Assembly (NCBI GenBank): GCA_050298595.1
Contig: JBNKUM010000030.1
Span: 34,723 to 98,722 of the forward strand
Reading direction: 5' to 3'
Origin: Gammaproteobacteria bacterium
Lineage (GTDB): Bacteria; Pseudomonadota; Gammaproteobacteria; GCA-001735895
DNA length: 64,000 nt
Position numbers and translations under genes: made by a program. Position 1 is the first letter of the stretch. Each line of letters begins with the position of its first letter. The notes beneath the pieces are model-generated. The model saw nothing but the letters and a program-made list of their open reading frames with translations, did no database searches and had not been told where the DNA came from. This document shows, piece after piece, positions 53,553-62,248 of the stretch.

Positions 53553-54396
53553 AATATTAATATCGGTGTTAATTATGGGCTCTCTCTGGCCACCAGGCGT
53601 AATCGCTCAAGCCTTATTTTCTGACAGCTTTGAATACGAAGCTACTAAGCTACCTCAGTATGTCGATAAAATCACCGCAGAATATTTCGAAGACTCCCCC
53701 TACCCTATTCAACAGCGTCTTCAGCAATACAGGAAATTCGCTAAACAACATCAGCAACAGTATTCTGAGAAACATCGCGCCATCTGGTACTTTATTAAAG
53801 GATTAAACAACATGAATATTATCAGTGTCCTGAAACAGATTCAGAGTGAGATGAATGCTGATAATCAATCCGAGATTGAAAAATATAATACTCGGTTACA
53901 GCTGGCATTTAAAAAAGCACTCTCTGAAGATAAAAAATCTAATGAATTAACCGCTAGCATGTACTCAGTTATGCAGCGCTCACTTGACGATCATTTAAAA
54001 ACCGAAGCTATCCTGAAGGAGTTAGAACTAGGAGGAAGCGGTGATAGTGAGGCCAGTTACTGGTTCAAGCACTGGCATGTTATTGGCGCATTAAAAGATG
54101 CTGGCAGATTTAACGAGGCCGATCAGGCACTTAATAAGATGAAACAGGAACTTAACGAAGCAGGATTACAGAAATCTGCGTATGCCCAGCTTGAACAACG
54201 TGCGTACCAGGATCTAAAAAATGCGCGCAGCTTATCAAATACACAGTCTCAAGCACAGAAAAGTAAGCCTACAGCCAGGCCACGATCAGTAGTAGAAATA
54301 TTTTTAGGCCGATATTGGCCCATAATTATGACTAACGGCTTTATATTTACCTTTATTATCATAGTCTGGGCGAGGGCTTATATAAAGAAGTTCTGA
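53545..54396 (+). CDS. Hypothetical exported helical protein with C-terminal membrane anchor
   Basis: ATG overlaps the previous stop region; signal peptide, helical body, C-terminal TM followed by basic residues. Confidence 0.7.
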   Translation: MNKILISVLIMGSLWPPGVIAQALFSDSFEYEATKLPQYVDKITAEYFEDSPYPIQQRLQQYRKFAKQHQQQYSEKHRAIWYFIKGLNNMNIISVLKQIQSEMNADNQSEIEKYNTRLQLAFKKALSEDKKSNELTASMYSVMQRSLDDHLKTEAILKELELGGSGDSEASYWFKHWHVIGALKDAGRFNEADQALNKMKQELNEAGLQKSAYAQLEQRAYQDLKNARSLSNTQSQAQKSKPTARPRSVVEIFLGRYWPIIMTNGFIFTFIIIVWARAYIKKF

Positions 54397-54480
54397 GCCG
54401 GAATATTCACTTTAGCTCATTTACATTTCATACCTGTCACCAGTTTTTACCCTGTTCTGAATCACCCTGTTATACCCGAG

Positions 54481-55440
54481 TCAGACTGTATTCGGCTGAC
54501 GAACACTACCCGGAGAAACCCCATACACTCTTTTAAAAGCCCGACAAAATGCAGCTTCCGATTTATATCCCAGTCGATCTGCAAGTACCGATAAGGTATC
54601 CGATGACTGTAGCAACTGAGCACGAGCACTTCGCATACGCCAGCCGGTCAGATAATGCATAACAGATTCACCGACCAGATCGGTAAAACGTGCAGAGAAA
54701 CCTGAGCGGGACATGCCAATCTCCTTCGCCAGGCTTGCAACAGTCCAGTCCTTTTCAGGTGAACGATGGATAATGGAAAGCGCCCGCCCCACCTGCCTGT
54801 CTCTTAACGCAGCCAGCCAGCCACGTTCTGCAGAAGGTACAGAGTCAATCCAGCTACGTATCGCCTGAATGATGAGGATATCCGCCAGATGTGTAATCAC
54901 CGTTTCACCCCCGGGTTTTAAAGCCTCGGCTTCATTGGTAATAAAACGCAGCGTACTTTGCAGCCAGCTACTTTCTTCATCCGCCCAGCTATCAATCTGT
55001 AAAACTTTGGGCAACAGTGAGATCAGTTGTTGGCCGGCAATATGATCGAAACGCACCACACCACAGGTCGCCTGGGTTAAATCACCATCGCCGCCATAGC
55101 GCATAATTTCGTATCGCTCACTCACCTGTTCCACCGGGATATCGAACAGAGGTACAGCCAACTGTGATGCATTACTGCGTATTGAGTGTCCAGTGCCATG
55201 AGGAATCAGCGTCAGACTGCCCTGTTGTAACAGCCGTGACTCATCACCTTCAACCTCCAGCCAGCAATGCCCCTGAGTCACAATATGGAACATCATGCAA
55301 TCCTCGAAAGGAGGCATATCAATGCCCCAGGGCGCAGTTAATTCCGAGCGACAGTACAGCGTTCCCGTGAGTCGCAGCAGGTGCAGGGTTTCACCGAGTG
55401 GATCGCTGAAATCAGGAATGGGTCTTTTTCCAGTTTTCAT
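54481..55440 (-). CDS. AraC-family regulator with cupin_6 domain
   Basis: DPLGETL..PWG..FHIV N-domain; WTVASLA..MSRSGF..F, GYKSEAAFCRAFKR HTH. Confidence 0.92.
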   Translation of the reverse strand: MKTGKRPIPDFSDPLGETLHLLRLTGTLYCRSELTAPWGIDMPPFEDCMMFHIVTQGHCWLEVEGDESRLLQQGSLTLIPHGTGHSIRSNASQLAVPLFDIPVEQVSERYEIMRYGGDGDLTQATCGVVRFDHIAGQQLISLLPKVLQIDSWADEESSWLQSTLRFITNEAEALKPGGETVITHLADILIIQAIRSWIDSVPSAERGWLAALRDRQVGRALSIIHRSPEKDWTVASLAKEIGMSRSGFSARFTDLVGESVMHYLTGWRMRSARAQLLQSSDTLSVLADRLGYKSEAAFCRAFKRVYGVSPGSVRQPNTV

Positions 55441-55611
55441 ATTCTGGATATTGCCATGGATATTTGCAGGATGTCTATACAGATTGGACGCCTGGTAAAG
55501 TTTTATAGATGAATCGTGATTGTTAGTCTGGTTTGCTTGAGAGATATTAATATTCATGGCAGGAACAACTCCTGTCGTATTAAACCATTAACTTACTCAG
55601 GAGACTAACTC

Positions 55612-56454
55612 ATGAAATCAACTCCCATACTCATCATCGGAAAAAATGGCAAAACAGGCGCCAGAGTCAATCAACGACTACTGGATCAGGGCTATACTAC
55701 ACAGGCTGTTTCTCGTTCCACAACACCCTCCTTTGACTGGGATAATTCCCACAACTGGGCATCAATATTGAACGGCGTGAAAAGCGCCTACGTTACCTAT
55801 CAACCAGACCTGGCTGTACCTCAGGCTGAGGCAGCAATTAAAGAATTCGTTCGTGTATCGCTCGACAGTGGTCTGCAACATATCGTACTCCTTTCAGGTC
55901 GAGGGGAAGAAGGTGCAGAGAGAGCTGAGCAGATCCTGCAAAACAGTGGTATCAACTGGAACATTGTGCGTTGTAGCTGGTTTTCGCAGAATTTTAGTGA
56001 AAACTTTATGCTGGAGGGTATTCTGAATGGTGAACTGGTACTGCCTGCTACAAATACCATTGAGCCATTCGTGGATGCTGACGATATCGCCGATGTTGTG
56101 GTGGCAACCTTAACCCGGACAGAAATGCATAATAAACTTTATGAGCTGACCGGCCCGCGCGCATTGAATTTTGCAGACTGTGTTGATGAGATTTCACAGG
56201 CTTTAGGACGTCCATTGAAATACACAGCACTACCGATAGATAACTATATAAACGCTTTACAGCAGCAAGGCGTGCCTGAAGATATGCAGTGGCTGATCAG
56301 AGAGCTATTCACCGTAGTTATGGATGGTAGAAACAGTCAGGTGAAAAATGGTGTAGAACAGGCACTCGGACGACCCGCTACCGATTTCAAAACCTATATT
56401 CAAAAAACCATTGAATCAGGTGTATGGAACTCTCTCCAACAAGAGACGGCATAA
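55612..56454 (+). CDS. NmrA-like NAD(P)H-binding protein
   Basis: GKNGKTG, VLLSGRGE, WFSQNFSE, FVDADDIAD, YELTGP; divergent from the AraC gene. Confidence 0.9.
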   Translation: MKSTPILIIGKNGKTGARVNQRLLDQGYTTQAVSRSTTPSFDWDNSHNWASILNGVKSAYVTYQPDLAVPQAEAAIKEFVRVSLDSGLQHIVLLSGRGEEGAERAEQILQNSGINWNIVRCSWFSQNFSENFMLEGILNGELVLPATNTIEPFVDADDIADVVVATLTRTEMHNKLYELTGPRALNFADCVDEISQALGRPLKYTALPIDNYINALQQQGVPEDMQWLIRELFTVVMDGRNSQVKNGVEQALGRPATDFKTYIQKTIESGVWNSLQQETA

Positions 56455-56469
56455 TGCTTTTGAATGGTT

Positions 56470-56706
56470 AGAATATTGCTATGAGCCGCTGCTTCTAGCA
56501 GTCTCATAGCCTTGATTCGTAGGCCAACCTGGAGCTCGAGACTCGAGCTTGTCAGATCAGTGAGTACAGGGATTTTGAGAGGGTGAGTGCTGATCTTAAC
56601 ACAGTCATCGATATTCTCTGGTTAGGAAGAACTGAAGTAGTCTTCTATCCGTTTGATCGATTTCAGGGGGAAAGTGTCAATAAGGGGGCTACCGCAAAGC
56701 GGTTTA
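56470..56706 (-). mobile_element. Probable non-coding end of an IS91-family element inserted at an attC core
   Basis: Follows attC core GTTGAAC (GAAC/GTTC is the IS91 target tetramer); contains CTGATCTGACAAGCTCGAGTCTCGAGC and the hairpin GCTATGAG..CTCATAGC. Resemblance to such elements is from memory; no transposase present. Confidence 0.4.
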
Positions 56707-56775
56707 GTTCAACGTTAAAGTGAGGAACGCTGAGCGGCTTTATCGCCCAGCGTCACCTCGACCGCAGGGTTAGGG
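56707..56775 (-). other. attC site (hydrolase cassette)
   Basis: Minus strand CCCTAAC-CCTGCGGTCGAGGTGACGCTGGGCG-ATAAAGC-CGCTCAGCGTTCCTCACTTTAAC-GTTGAAC, an imperfect palindrome. Confidence 0.85.
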
Positions 56776-57263
56776 CTACGCCTCCAGAGCCACACCGCCC
56801 AAGCGATGACAGCTAACTCCAGAAGGAATGACCAGTGAAGGATGAAGTTTAGCCACCAAGGTTGTAAAGCAGCTGGAACAGTAGCCAGAGAAAATGGTCG
56901 ATTAAAGAATGGCGCCAACCACCAGATATCGCCAACGATCGTGTCAAGAATCAGGTGGAAAAACCCTGAAATTGAAAACACTAGCGCATAGATGCCGAAC
57001 TTTTCGCGGGCGGTTTGGGACATGGAAAGGATTGAAGCGATGACAACTAGCCCAAGCCAGACAATTGGGTAGTGAGAGAAATACTTGTGATGATGCGTCT
57101 GACGGTGATCGATAAGATGGAAATAGAACATGTCCAGATCGGGTGCAATGGAACCGAACATTCCCCAAAACATGTACGTTCGATACCTGCTTATAGAGTG
57201 AGCAAACTGAGAGGCACTCAGCTTTGACAAAATGTATCCTGCCGGAAGGTGACCAATAATCAT
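56715..57263 (-). CDS. Gene cassette: membrane metal-dependent hydrolase (YdjM/DUF457-like)
   Basis: GHLPAGY, PDLD, HHKYFSH, HLILD; ORF reads through into its attC. Confidence 0.85.
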   Translation of the reverse strand: MIIGHLPAGYILSKLSASQFAHSISRYRTYMFWGMFGSIAPDLDMFYFHLIDHRQTHHHKYFSHYPIVWLGLVVIASILSMSQTAREKFGIYALVFSISGFFHLILDTIVGDIWWLAPFFNRPFSLATVPAALQPWWLNFILHWSFLLELAVIAWAVWLWRRSPNPAVEVTLGDKAAQRSSL

Positions 57264-57267
57264 ATTG

Positions 57268-57337
57268 CCCTAACCGCCAAGCTCACTCGACGAAAACCGT
57301 AAAGCGTTTTTAGGTCGAGTGGAGCGCCGAGTTATCT
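57268..57337 (-). other. attC site (L,D-transpeptidase cassette)
   Basis: AGATAAC-TCGGCGCTCCACTCGAC..GTCGAGTGAGCTTGGCG-GTTAGGG; the core GTTAGGG complements inverse core CCCTAAC of the next cassette. Confidence 0.9.
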
Positions 57338-57339
57338 GT

Positions 57340-57825
57340 TTATGGTAGTATTTCAATTGGAGTTCCTGCCTTAACTAAATTCCATATTTCGTCCATTTCA
57401 CTGTTTGTTACAGCAACACACCCATTAGTCCAGTTGAAATTCTGAGATAGCCACGACAGCCAACCCAACCCATTCTTCTGCCCATGAATCATAATCAGAC
57501 CGCCAGGGTTAACACCTTTTTCTTTTGCTTTGGCCTTGTCTTCTTCGTTGGGGTAGGAAATATGTATTGCTTTGTAAAATGAACTATCACTCTTTTTGTA
57601 GTCTAGTAAATACTTTCCTTCCGGGGTTCTTTCATCCCCCTCCTTCTCTTTGTGACCCTTCGGATTAGCGCCAAGGGCTATAGAATATTCTTTGATCTTC
57701 ACACCATTAGAGATGAGATACATTTTCAATTCAGATTTCTTCACAAGAACATGATCAATATCTGTCCCTTGGGCAGATATTGACCATGAAGAAAGAAGCA
57801 GGAATATAAGAAAGATGTATCTCAT
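57340..57825 (-). CDS. Gene cassette: YkuD-family L,D-transpeptidase
   Basis: Signal peptide; GDERTPEG, ISYPN, IMIHG..WTNGC (catalytic His/Cys). Confidence 0.9.
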   Translation of the reverse strand: MRYIFLIFLLLSSWSISAQGTDIDHVLVKKSELKMYLISNGVKIKEYSIALGANPKGHKEKEGDERTPEGKYLLDYKKSDSSFYKAIHISYPNEEDKAKAKEKGVNPGGLIMIHGQKNGLGWLSWLSQNFNWTNGCVAVTNSEMDEIWNLVKAGTPIEILP

Positions 57826-57832
57826 TTTTTAC

Positions 57833-57910
57833 ACATAATGCCCGCCATCACAGGAGGCAAAACCAGAGCATAACGGCGGTTTTGACTTTCTTTGCATGGC
57901 CTTGTTAGGC
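57833..57910 (-). other. attC site with mutated core
   Basis: GCCTAAC-AAGGCCATGCA..CAAAACC..GGTTTTG..TGATGGCGGGC-ATTATGT (GTT replaced by ATT). Confidence 0.8.
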
Positions 57911-58309
57911 TTATTGATATTTGATTCCATTGTAATGCCAGGTCTTGTTCTCACCAAACTTAATGGAATAGAAACCATTGGATATTTCTGTTGTTATTTC
58001 TAAATTACCATGCGTTATTAAATTAGGAGATATTTCACGCCATTTGCTTTTTTCTTTTACCAATATAAAGGTAGAACAGCCTCGTGTACCGCAGAAATAT
58101 GGATGTAATAGCCTAGCTATAATTTCTTTTGGTGCTTTATCGTTTAATTCTATTTCACTAGCTTCTATTTCTAGAGGAATGGATGTGGGCATTTCCTGAA
58201 CTTCTTGAATTTTATATGAGTAAATTTCTTTAACTATTTCTTCGGGTGTTTCGGCAAAAATACTAGTAGTTACTAAAGACAATAAAGCTAGTGTGAAAGT
58301 TTTGATCAT
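57911..58309 (-). CDS. Gene cassette: secreted hypothetical protein with CGxxGC motif
   Basis: Signal peptide; FCGTRGCS motif; AT-rich; stop abuts attC. Confidence 0.75.
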   Translation of the reverse strand: MIKTFTLALLSLVTTSIFAETPEEIVKEIYSYKIQEVQEMPTSIPLEIEASEIELNDKAPKEIIARLLHPYFCGTRGCSTFILVKEKSKWREISPNLITHGNLEITTEISNGFYSIKFGENKTWHYNGIKYQ

Positions 58310-58322
58310 ATTTCCTGATTAA

Positions 58323-58436
58323 CATAGACGCTTTGCTAACTGGCCCAGCGTAGTGTAGCCAGCATATGTTAAAGTGAGCGCAGCGAACATATGCTGGCGG
58401 AGAGTAGCTGGTTCCGCGTTGAGCAAATTGTTAGCT
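58323..58436 (-). other. attC site (GNAT cassette) with degenerate core
   Basis: AGCTAAC-AATTTGCTCAAC..GCCAGCATATGTT..AACATATGCTGGC..GTTAGCAAAGC-GTCTATG. Confidence 0.75.
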
Positions 58437-58883
58437 GCGCGTTCCGCTATAAACCATTGGCTGGAAACCAATACCATCTTTATACCCAGTTTCACCTGAA
58501 GCTATAAATCCAAATTTAGTATACACAGGAACCGCATAAATTGACGATCTAACTGAGCAATTCTCTATATCCATGGTTTCAATACAATGTCGCCAGAGTG
58601 ACTTGGCAATTCCTTGTTTATGAAACTTCGGCAACACGAAAAGATGATATAAATGGATACTTCCCTTCAAACTAATGTACCCAACGATTTCACCATCTAT
58701 CTCAGCTACGAAATTATGATAGCTAGAGTCGCTTATTCGTTCAGCAAACGCTGAATCGGTTAAAGTTGATTTAAGCCAATCCGGCAATTCATCAACACCA
58801 TGTTCCAAATAGTAATGAGAAAGCCCTCTTACGAGCTCTGCTACTTGGCTACTATCCGAATGTTGTACACTTCTTATTTTCAT
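58431..58883 (-). CDS. Gene cassette: GNAT N-acetyltransferase
   Basis: HLFVLPKFHKQGIA, SSIYAVPVYTKFGF; stop codon lies in the attC inverse core. Confidence 0.9.
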   Translation of the reverse strand: MKIRSVQHSDSSQVAELVRGLSHYYLEHGVDELPDWLKSTLTDSAFAERISDSSYHNFVAEIDGEIVGYISLKGSIHLYHLFVLPKFHKQGIAKSLWRHCIETMDIENCSVRSSIYAVPVYTKFGFIASGETGYKDGIGFQPMVYSGTRS

Positions 58884-58917
58884 ATATCGACTGATAACAT
58901 CTTAGCATTTATACGGT

Positions 58918-59791
58918 TAAAGGGTTAAAAGGGTCGGAGGCACATGGGAATTATTCTCAATTAATCTATCTATGAAGCAAACCAGTTTTTAGCCTTCCCC
59001 GTGCGGTGTGACCAACGGATTTACCCAATGTTGACTCTATACCTTCTTTAAAGTGATTATTTCCCAGCGGTACAGAAAATGCCACTGCTTTACGCACATC
59101 ATGGAAATCTCTAGCATCAAGATCTGTACGAAACAGCTCCCGATAAAAGTACATTCGCTCTTCTGGTGTTGATGCTATTCGAAGGAATACCTCGTGATCA
59201 TTGATAATGCTCGTAGGACTACCTGTCGCATGACAATGATAACTGGACCATTGCTAATCACCAGGATGGTCAACCATATTCGCTCGAACAGGATTCATTT
59301 CAATATATCTGTAACAAGTTATCAAATACTGCTCGGCATCAATCAAACTAGCCTTATGGAGACCTTCCCAAAGCGTACCTGTTTTCCTGTATTTCTTGTT
59401 AATGTATTGAACATAACATAAAGATATCCCAATAGTTGCATCACTCGAGATATTCCAGATTCTGTACTGGGCGTCATTAACAGGTGAATATGATTGGTCA
59501 TCAATACATTGGCGTGGATAGCAACGTCATAACGACCACAGGCATCCTCCAGACAATCCAGAAAGAACAAGTAATTCTCTTCTTCGAGGAAGCAAGGGCT
59601 TTGATCATTACTTCGCTGAACAACGTGACCTGGTATACCCGGTAAAAACATCCTTGATTTTCCTGGCATAGAAACTCCTTTTCCTATTTATATCTCGTTT
59701 TCCTGGGTATATACGATATCATTAAGTTGAGAGGAATTCTCATACACCTCCGACCCCTTTAACTCTTTAACTCTTTAACTCTTTAACTCTT
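58918..59791. mobile_element. RAYT-type element bounded by ~48-bp imperfect inverted repeats
   Basis: 58918-58965 is an imperfect inverted repeat of 59721-59769 (CCTCCGACCC(C/T)TTTAAC core); right end extends into (CTTTAACT)x4. Confidence 0.75.
58966..59669 (-). pseudogene. REP-associated tyrosine transposase (RAYT, Y1 HUH family), frameshifted
   Basis: HVVQR, LMTNHIHLL (HUH), then after a frameshift GTLWEG..YIEMNPVRA..QWSSY; internal stop. Confidence 0.88.
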
Positions 59792-59847
59792 GGACCCGTA
59801 AATAATTTATTTCCTTATATAGAGTACCAGCCCCTACCACCGGGCAC

Positions 59848-59918
59848 GTTCAACAATGGGATAGTCGCGGCGGGCGCGCGACATATCCTTATTTGTTACA
59901 TATCCTTATTTGTTATGC
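59848..59918 (-). other. attC-like site of the GGDEF-EAL cassette, with a 17-bp tandem duplication
   Basis: GCATAAC-AAATAAGGATATGT(x2)-CGCG-CGCCCGC-CGCGAC-TATCC-CATT-GTTGAAC; ACATATCCTTATTTGTT at 59881-59897 and 59898-59914. Confidence 0.7.
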
Positions 59919-61887
59919 GATTTAATAAATCGAAAATACCATCTTCATCCAGGGGTTTAGAAAAATAGAATCCTTGGTTTTGCTCACAGCCGATCCCAAC
60001 CAGAAAATCAACTTCCTCTTTTGTTTCCGCACCCTCTGCAAGAACTGATAAATTCATCCCTTTGCAAAGCCCAATAACGGATTCAACAATAGCTTGGTTT
60101 TGTTTATCTTTTGCAATATTGGTTATAAATGACCTATCTATTTTTATTTGATCGACAGGCAGATCCTTTAGATACGATAGCGAGGAATATCCGGTTCCAA
60201 AGTCATCTATTGATATTTCAATACCCATATTTTTAATTTCGTGAAGTTTAGAAATCGAAGCAGATTGATTTTTCATTATAAACTGTTCGGTGATTTCAAA
60301 CTTAAGTGAATCCGGTTTGCACTCATACTTGATTAACAAGTGATTAACAATTTCTATGAAATTAACCTGATAGAGTTGTAGTGGAGAAATATTTACTGCA
60401 ATTTTAATACTACCTGAAATATTTGCATTTCTCAATTCTGTCGCTTTGGATATCGCGCTTTCCAGCACGAGATTTCCGATATCAATGATTAAACCACTAT
60501 CTTCTGCATAGGGAATGAATACGTCTGGCGAAATAAGCCCTTTTTTTGGATGTTCCCAGCGAAGTAAAGCCTCCAACCCGATAACTGAATTTGTGATAGC
60601 GTTATATTGTGGTTGGTATACCAGATAGAACTCACTCTGATTAACTCCTTCAATAATATCTAGCCTTAACTCAGACTTTTTATCACACGCTTCCTTAATC
60701 TCAGGTGTAAAAAAGCAGTATCCTTTTTTTCCATCCCGTTTAACCTTATGCATTGCCATATCGGCAAACTGAATCAACTCACTAGAGTTTTTAGCGCTTT
60801 TGGGGAAAAGAGAAATCCCGATGCTGCATGATATGTAAAACTGATATCCCATTACGTCTATTGGCTTAGCGAAAAGATCAATCAAAGTTTTTGCAGCATC
60901 AGAGATCGAATTAAGTTTATTCCCGTAAAAAATAAGCACAATAAATTGATCACCTTGATATCTGACAAGAATATGATCTTTACCCAGCGCCTCATTGAGT
61001 CGTTTAGAAGTTACGTTTATTGCAGCGTCGCCAACATGATGATTAAAGCCATCGTTAATTTCATTTAGATCATCAATGTCTATATAGAGCAACGCGATGT
61101 TTTTTTGTCGCGAGGTTTTTGTTGAAAGCGTATCCTCGAGGTATTCAGATAGAAAAAGTCTGTTGGATAGTTCTGTCAGGCTGTCTGTGTGCAGTAATTT
61201 CTGCAATCTTATGTTCTCTTTCCATAACAAATAAACAATAGAGATCAGAAGCGGAACAAGTAACAATAGATGTATGAACCCTTGTGCATAAGTATCTATG
61301 GTGACATTTTTCCGTAAATCATCTACCTCTTTCAAATCCACTTCTGCTACTAAGACTACGGTATGACCATTATTGAACTTCACAGGTATAAAGAGACCTC
61401 TGAAATGGCCCCACTGATCTTCATATTCCAGCGCTTTAGAGTTATCGCTTTCAAAGACAGAAAATAGCTCGGCGGGCGCCGTAAAGTAATGATGAAAGTA
61501 ATGTAACTCTGTCTTAGAGTTCAGCTCTTCCTGTGTCGCACTTGATGCGATTACATAGATTTCATCTTTCTTTTTGATTGCTGCATATAAAAAGGCCAAT
61601 TCTGTGTTTTCGGTTAAAGCAGATAATCCCCTAATATTGACCCAGTCCTCCTTAGAAGTAATGGAGTTTGCGTGAGTTGCCCTCATTAAAAAGTCATTGC
61701 CCAGCAAATAGCGAATAGCATATGCGCCACTTTTTAATCTTTCATCAACTTTAAAAATAGCTTCGTTTTCCTCAACCTCTAAAGAGTAAAGTGTATACAA
61801 ATATGTACCCATAAGATAAAAAGCAACTGAAAACACTATATGGATATATCCAATTTTCACGGAGGAATTTTTAGTCAGTTTTACCAC
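59896..61887 (-). CDS. Membrane sensor GGDEF-EAL protein, probable c-di-GMP phosphodiesterase
   Basis: TM-periplasmic (YEDQWGHF)-TM; degenerate GGDEF (RYQGDQF); intact EALLRW, DDFGTGYSS, KID, EGAET. Confidence 0.9.
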   Translation of the reverse strand: MVKLTKNSSVKIGYIHIVFSVAFYLMGTYLYTLYSLEVEENEAIFKVDERLKSGAYAIRYLLGNDFLMRATHANSITSKEDWVNIRGLSALTENTELAFLYAAIKKKDEIYVIASSATQEELNSKTELHYFHHYFTAPAELFSVFESDNSKALEYEDQWGHFRGLFIPVKFNNGHTVVLVAEVDLKEVDDLRKNVTIDTYAQGFIHLLLLVPLLISIVYLLWKENIRLQKLLHTDSLTELSNRLFLSEYLEDTLSTKTSRQKNIALLYIDIDDLNEINDGFNHHVGDAAINVTSKRLNEALGKDHILVRYQGDQFIVLIFYGNKLNSISDAAKTLIDLFAKPIDVMGYQFYISCSIGISLFPKSAKNSSELIQFADMAMHKVKRDGKKGYCFFTPEIKEACDKKSELRLDIIEGVNQSEFYLVYQPQYNAITNSVIGLEALLRWEHPKKGLISPDVFIPYAEDSGLIIDIGNLVLESAISKATELRNANISGSIKIAVNISPLQLYQVNFIEIVNHLLIKYECKPDSLKFEITEQFIMKNQSASISKLHEIKNMGIEISIDDFGTGYSSLSYLKDLPVDQIKIDRSFITNIAKDKQNQAIVESVIGLCKGMNLSVLAEGAETKEEVDFLVGIGCEQNQGFYFSKPLDEDGIFDLLNRITNKDM

Positions 61888-61907
61888 TTCGCTCTATAAC
61901 GCATAAC

Positions 61908-62158
61908 GAGGCTGTAGAAATACTCTAAAGGTAAACGAGTAGTTTCTACCGCCAAATATTTTAAGTTCTTTTGTCATGTGATCTTGATGACTCTTAATTA
62001 GGTCAGCTTATTTTTATTCTAACCTTATTTTCCTTACGCTCATGCCGCTATCGTTCCGTAATTCATGATTTTCTCAATGTTGTGAACCATACAGTATAAG
62101 TGCCATTGTCCCTAGACCTTTTCTTTGTCTCGCAAACTGAACCTGTTGAGTCGTTTGT
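61908..62158 (-). mobile_element. IS1182-family 3' remnant (transposase tail plus terminal IR)
   Basis: Minus strand KRLNRFSLRDKEKV*GQWHLYCMVHNIEKIMNYG; end sequence GAGTATTTCTACAGCCTC directly before GTTATGC. Confidence 0.75.
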
Positions 62159-62248
62159 CACGTAAACGCGCACCCATATATTGAACATTGACAACTACAA
62201 TCAAAAGTCGTAGTTTTTAAAACCTAATCAAATCGCAAGGAGCGCATT

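Noticed and set aside
58885-58915. attI site
   Set aside because: A GTT core precedes the GNAT cassette, but no integrase is adjacent and another cassette lies upstream; more likely a truncated attC.
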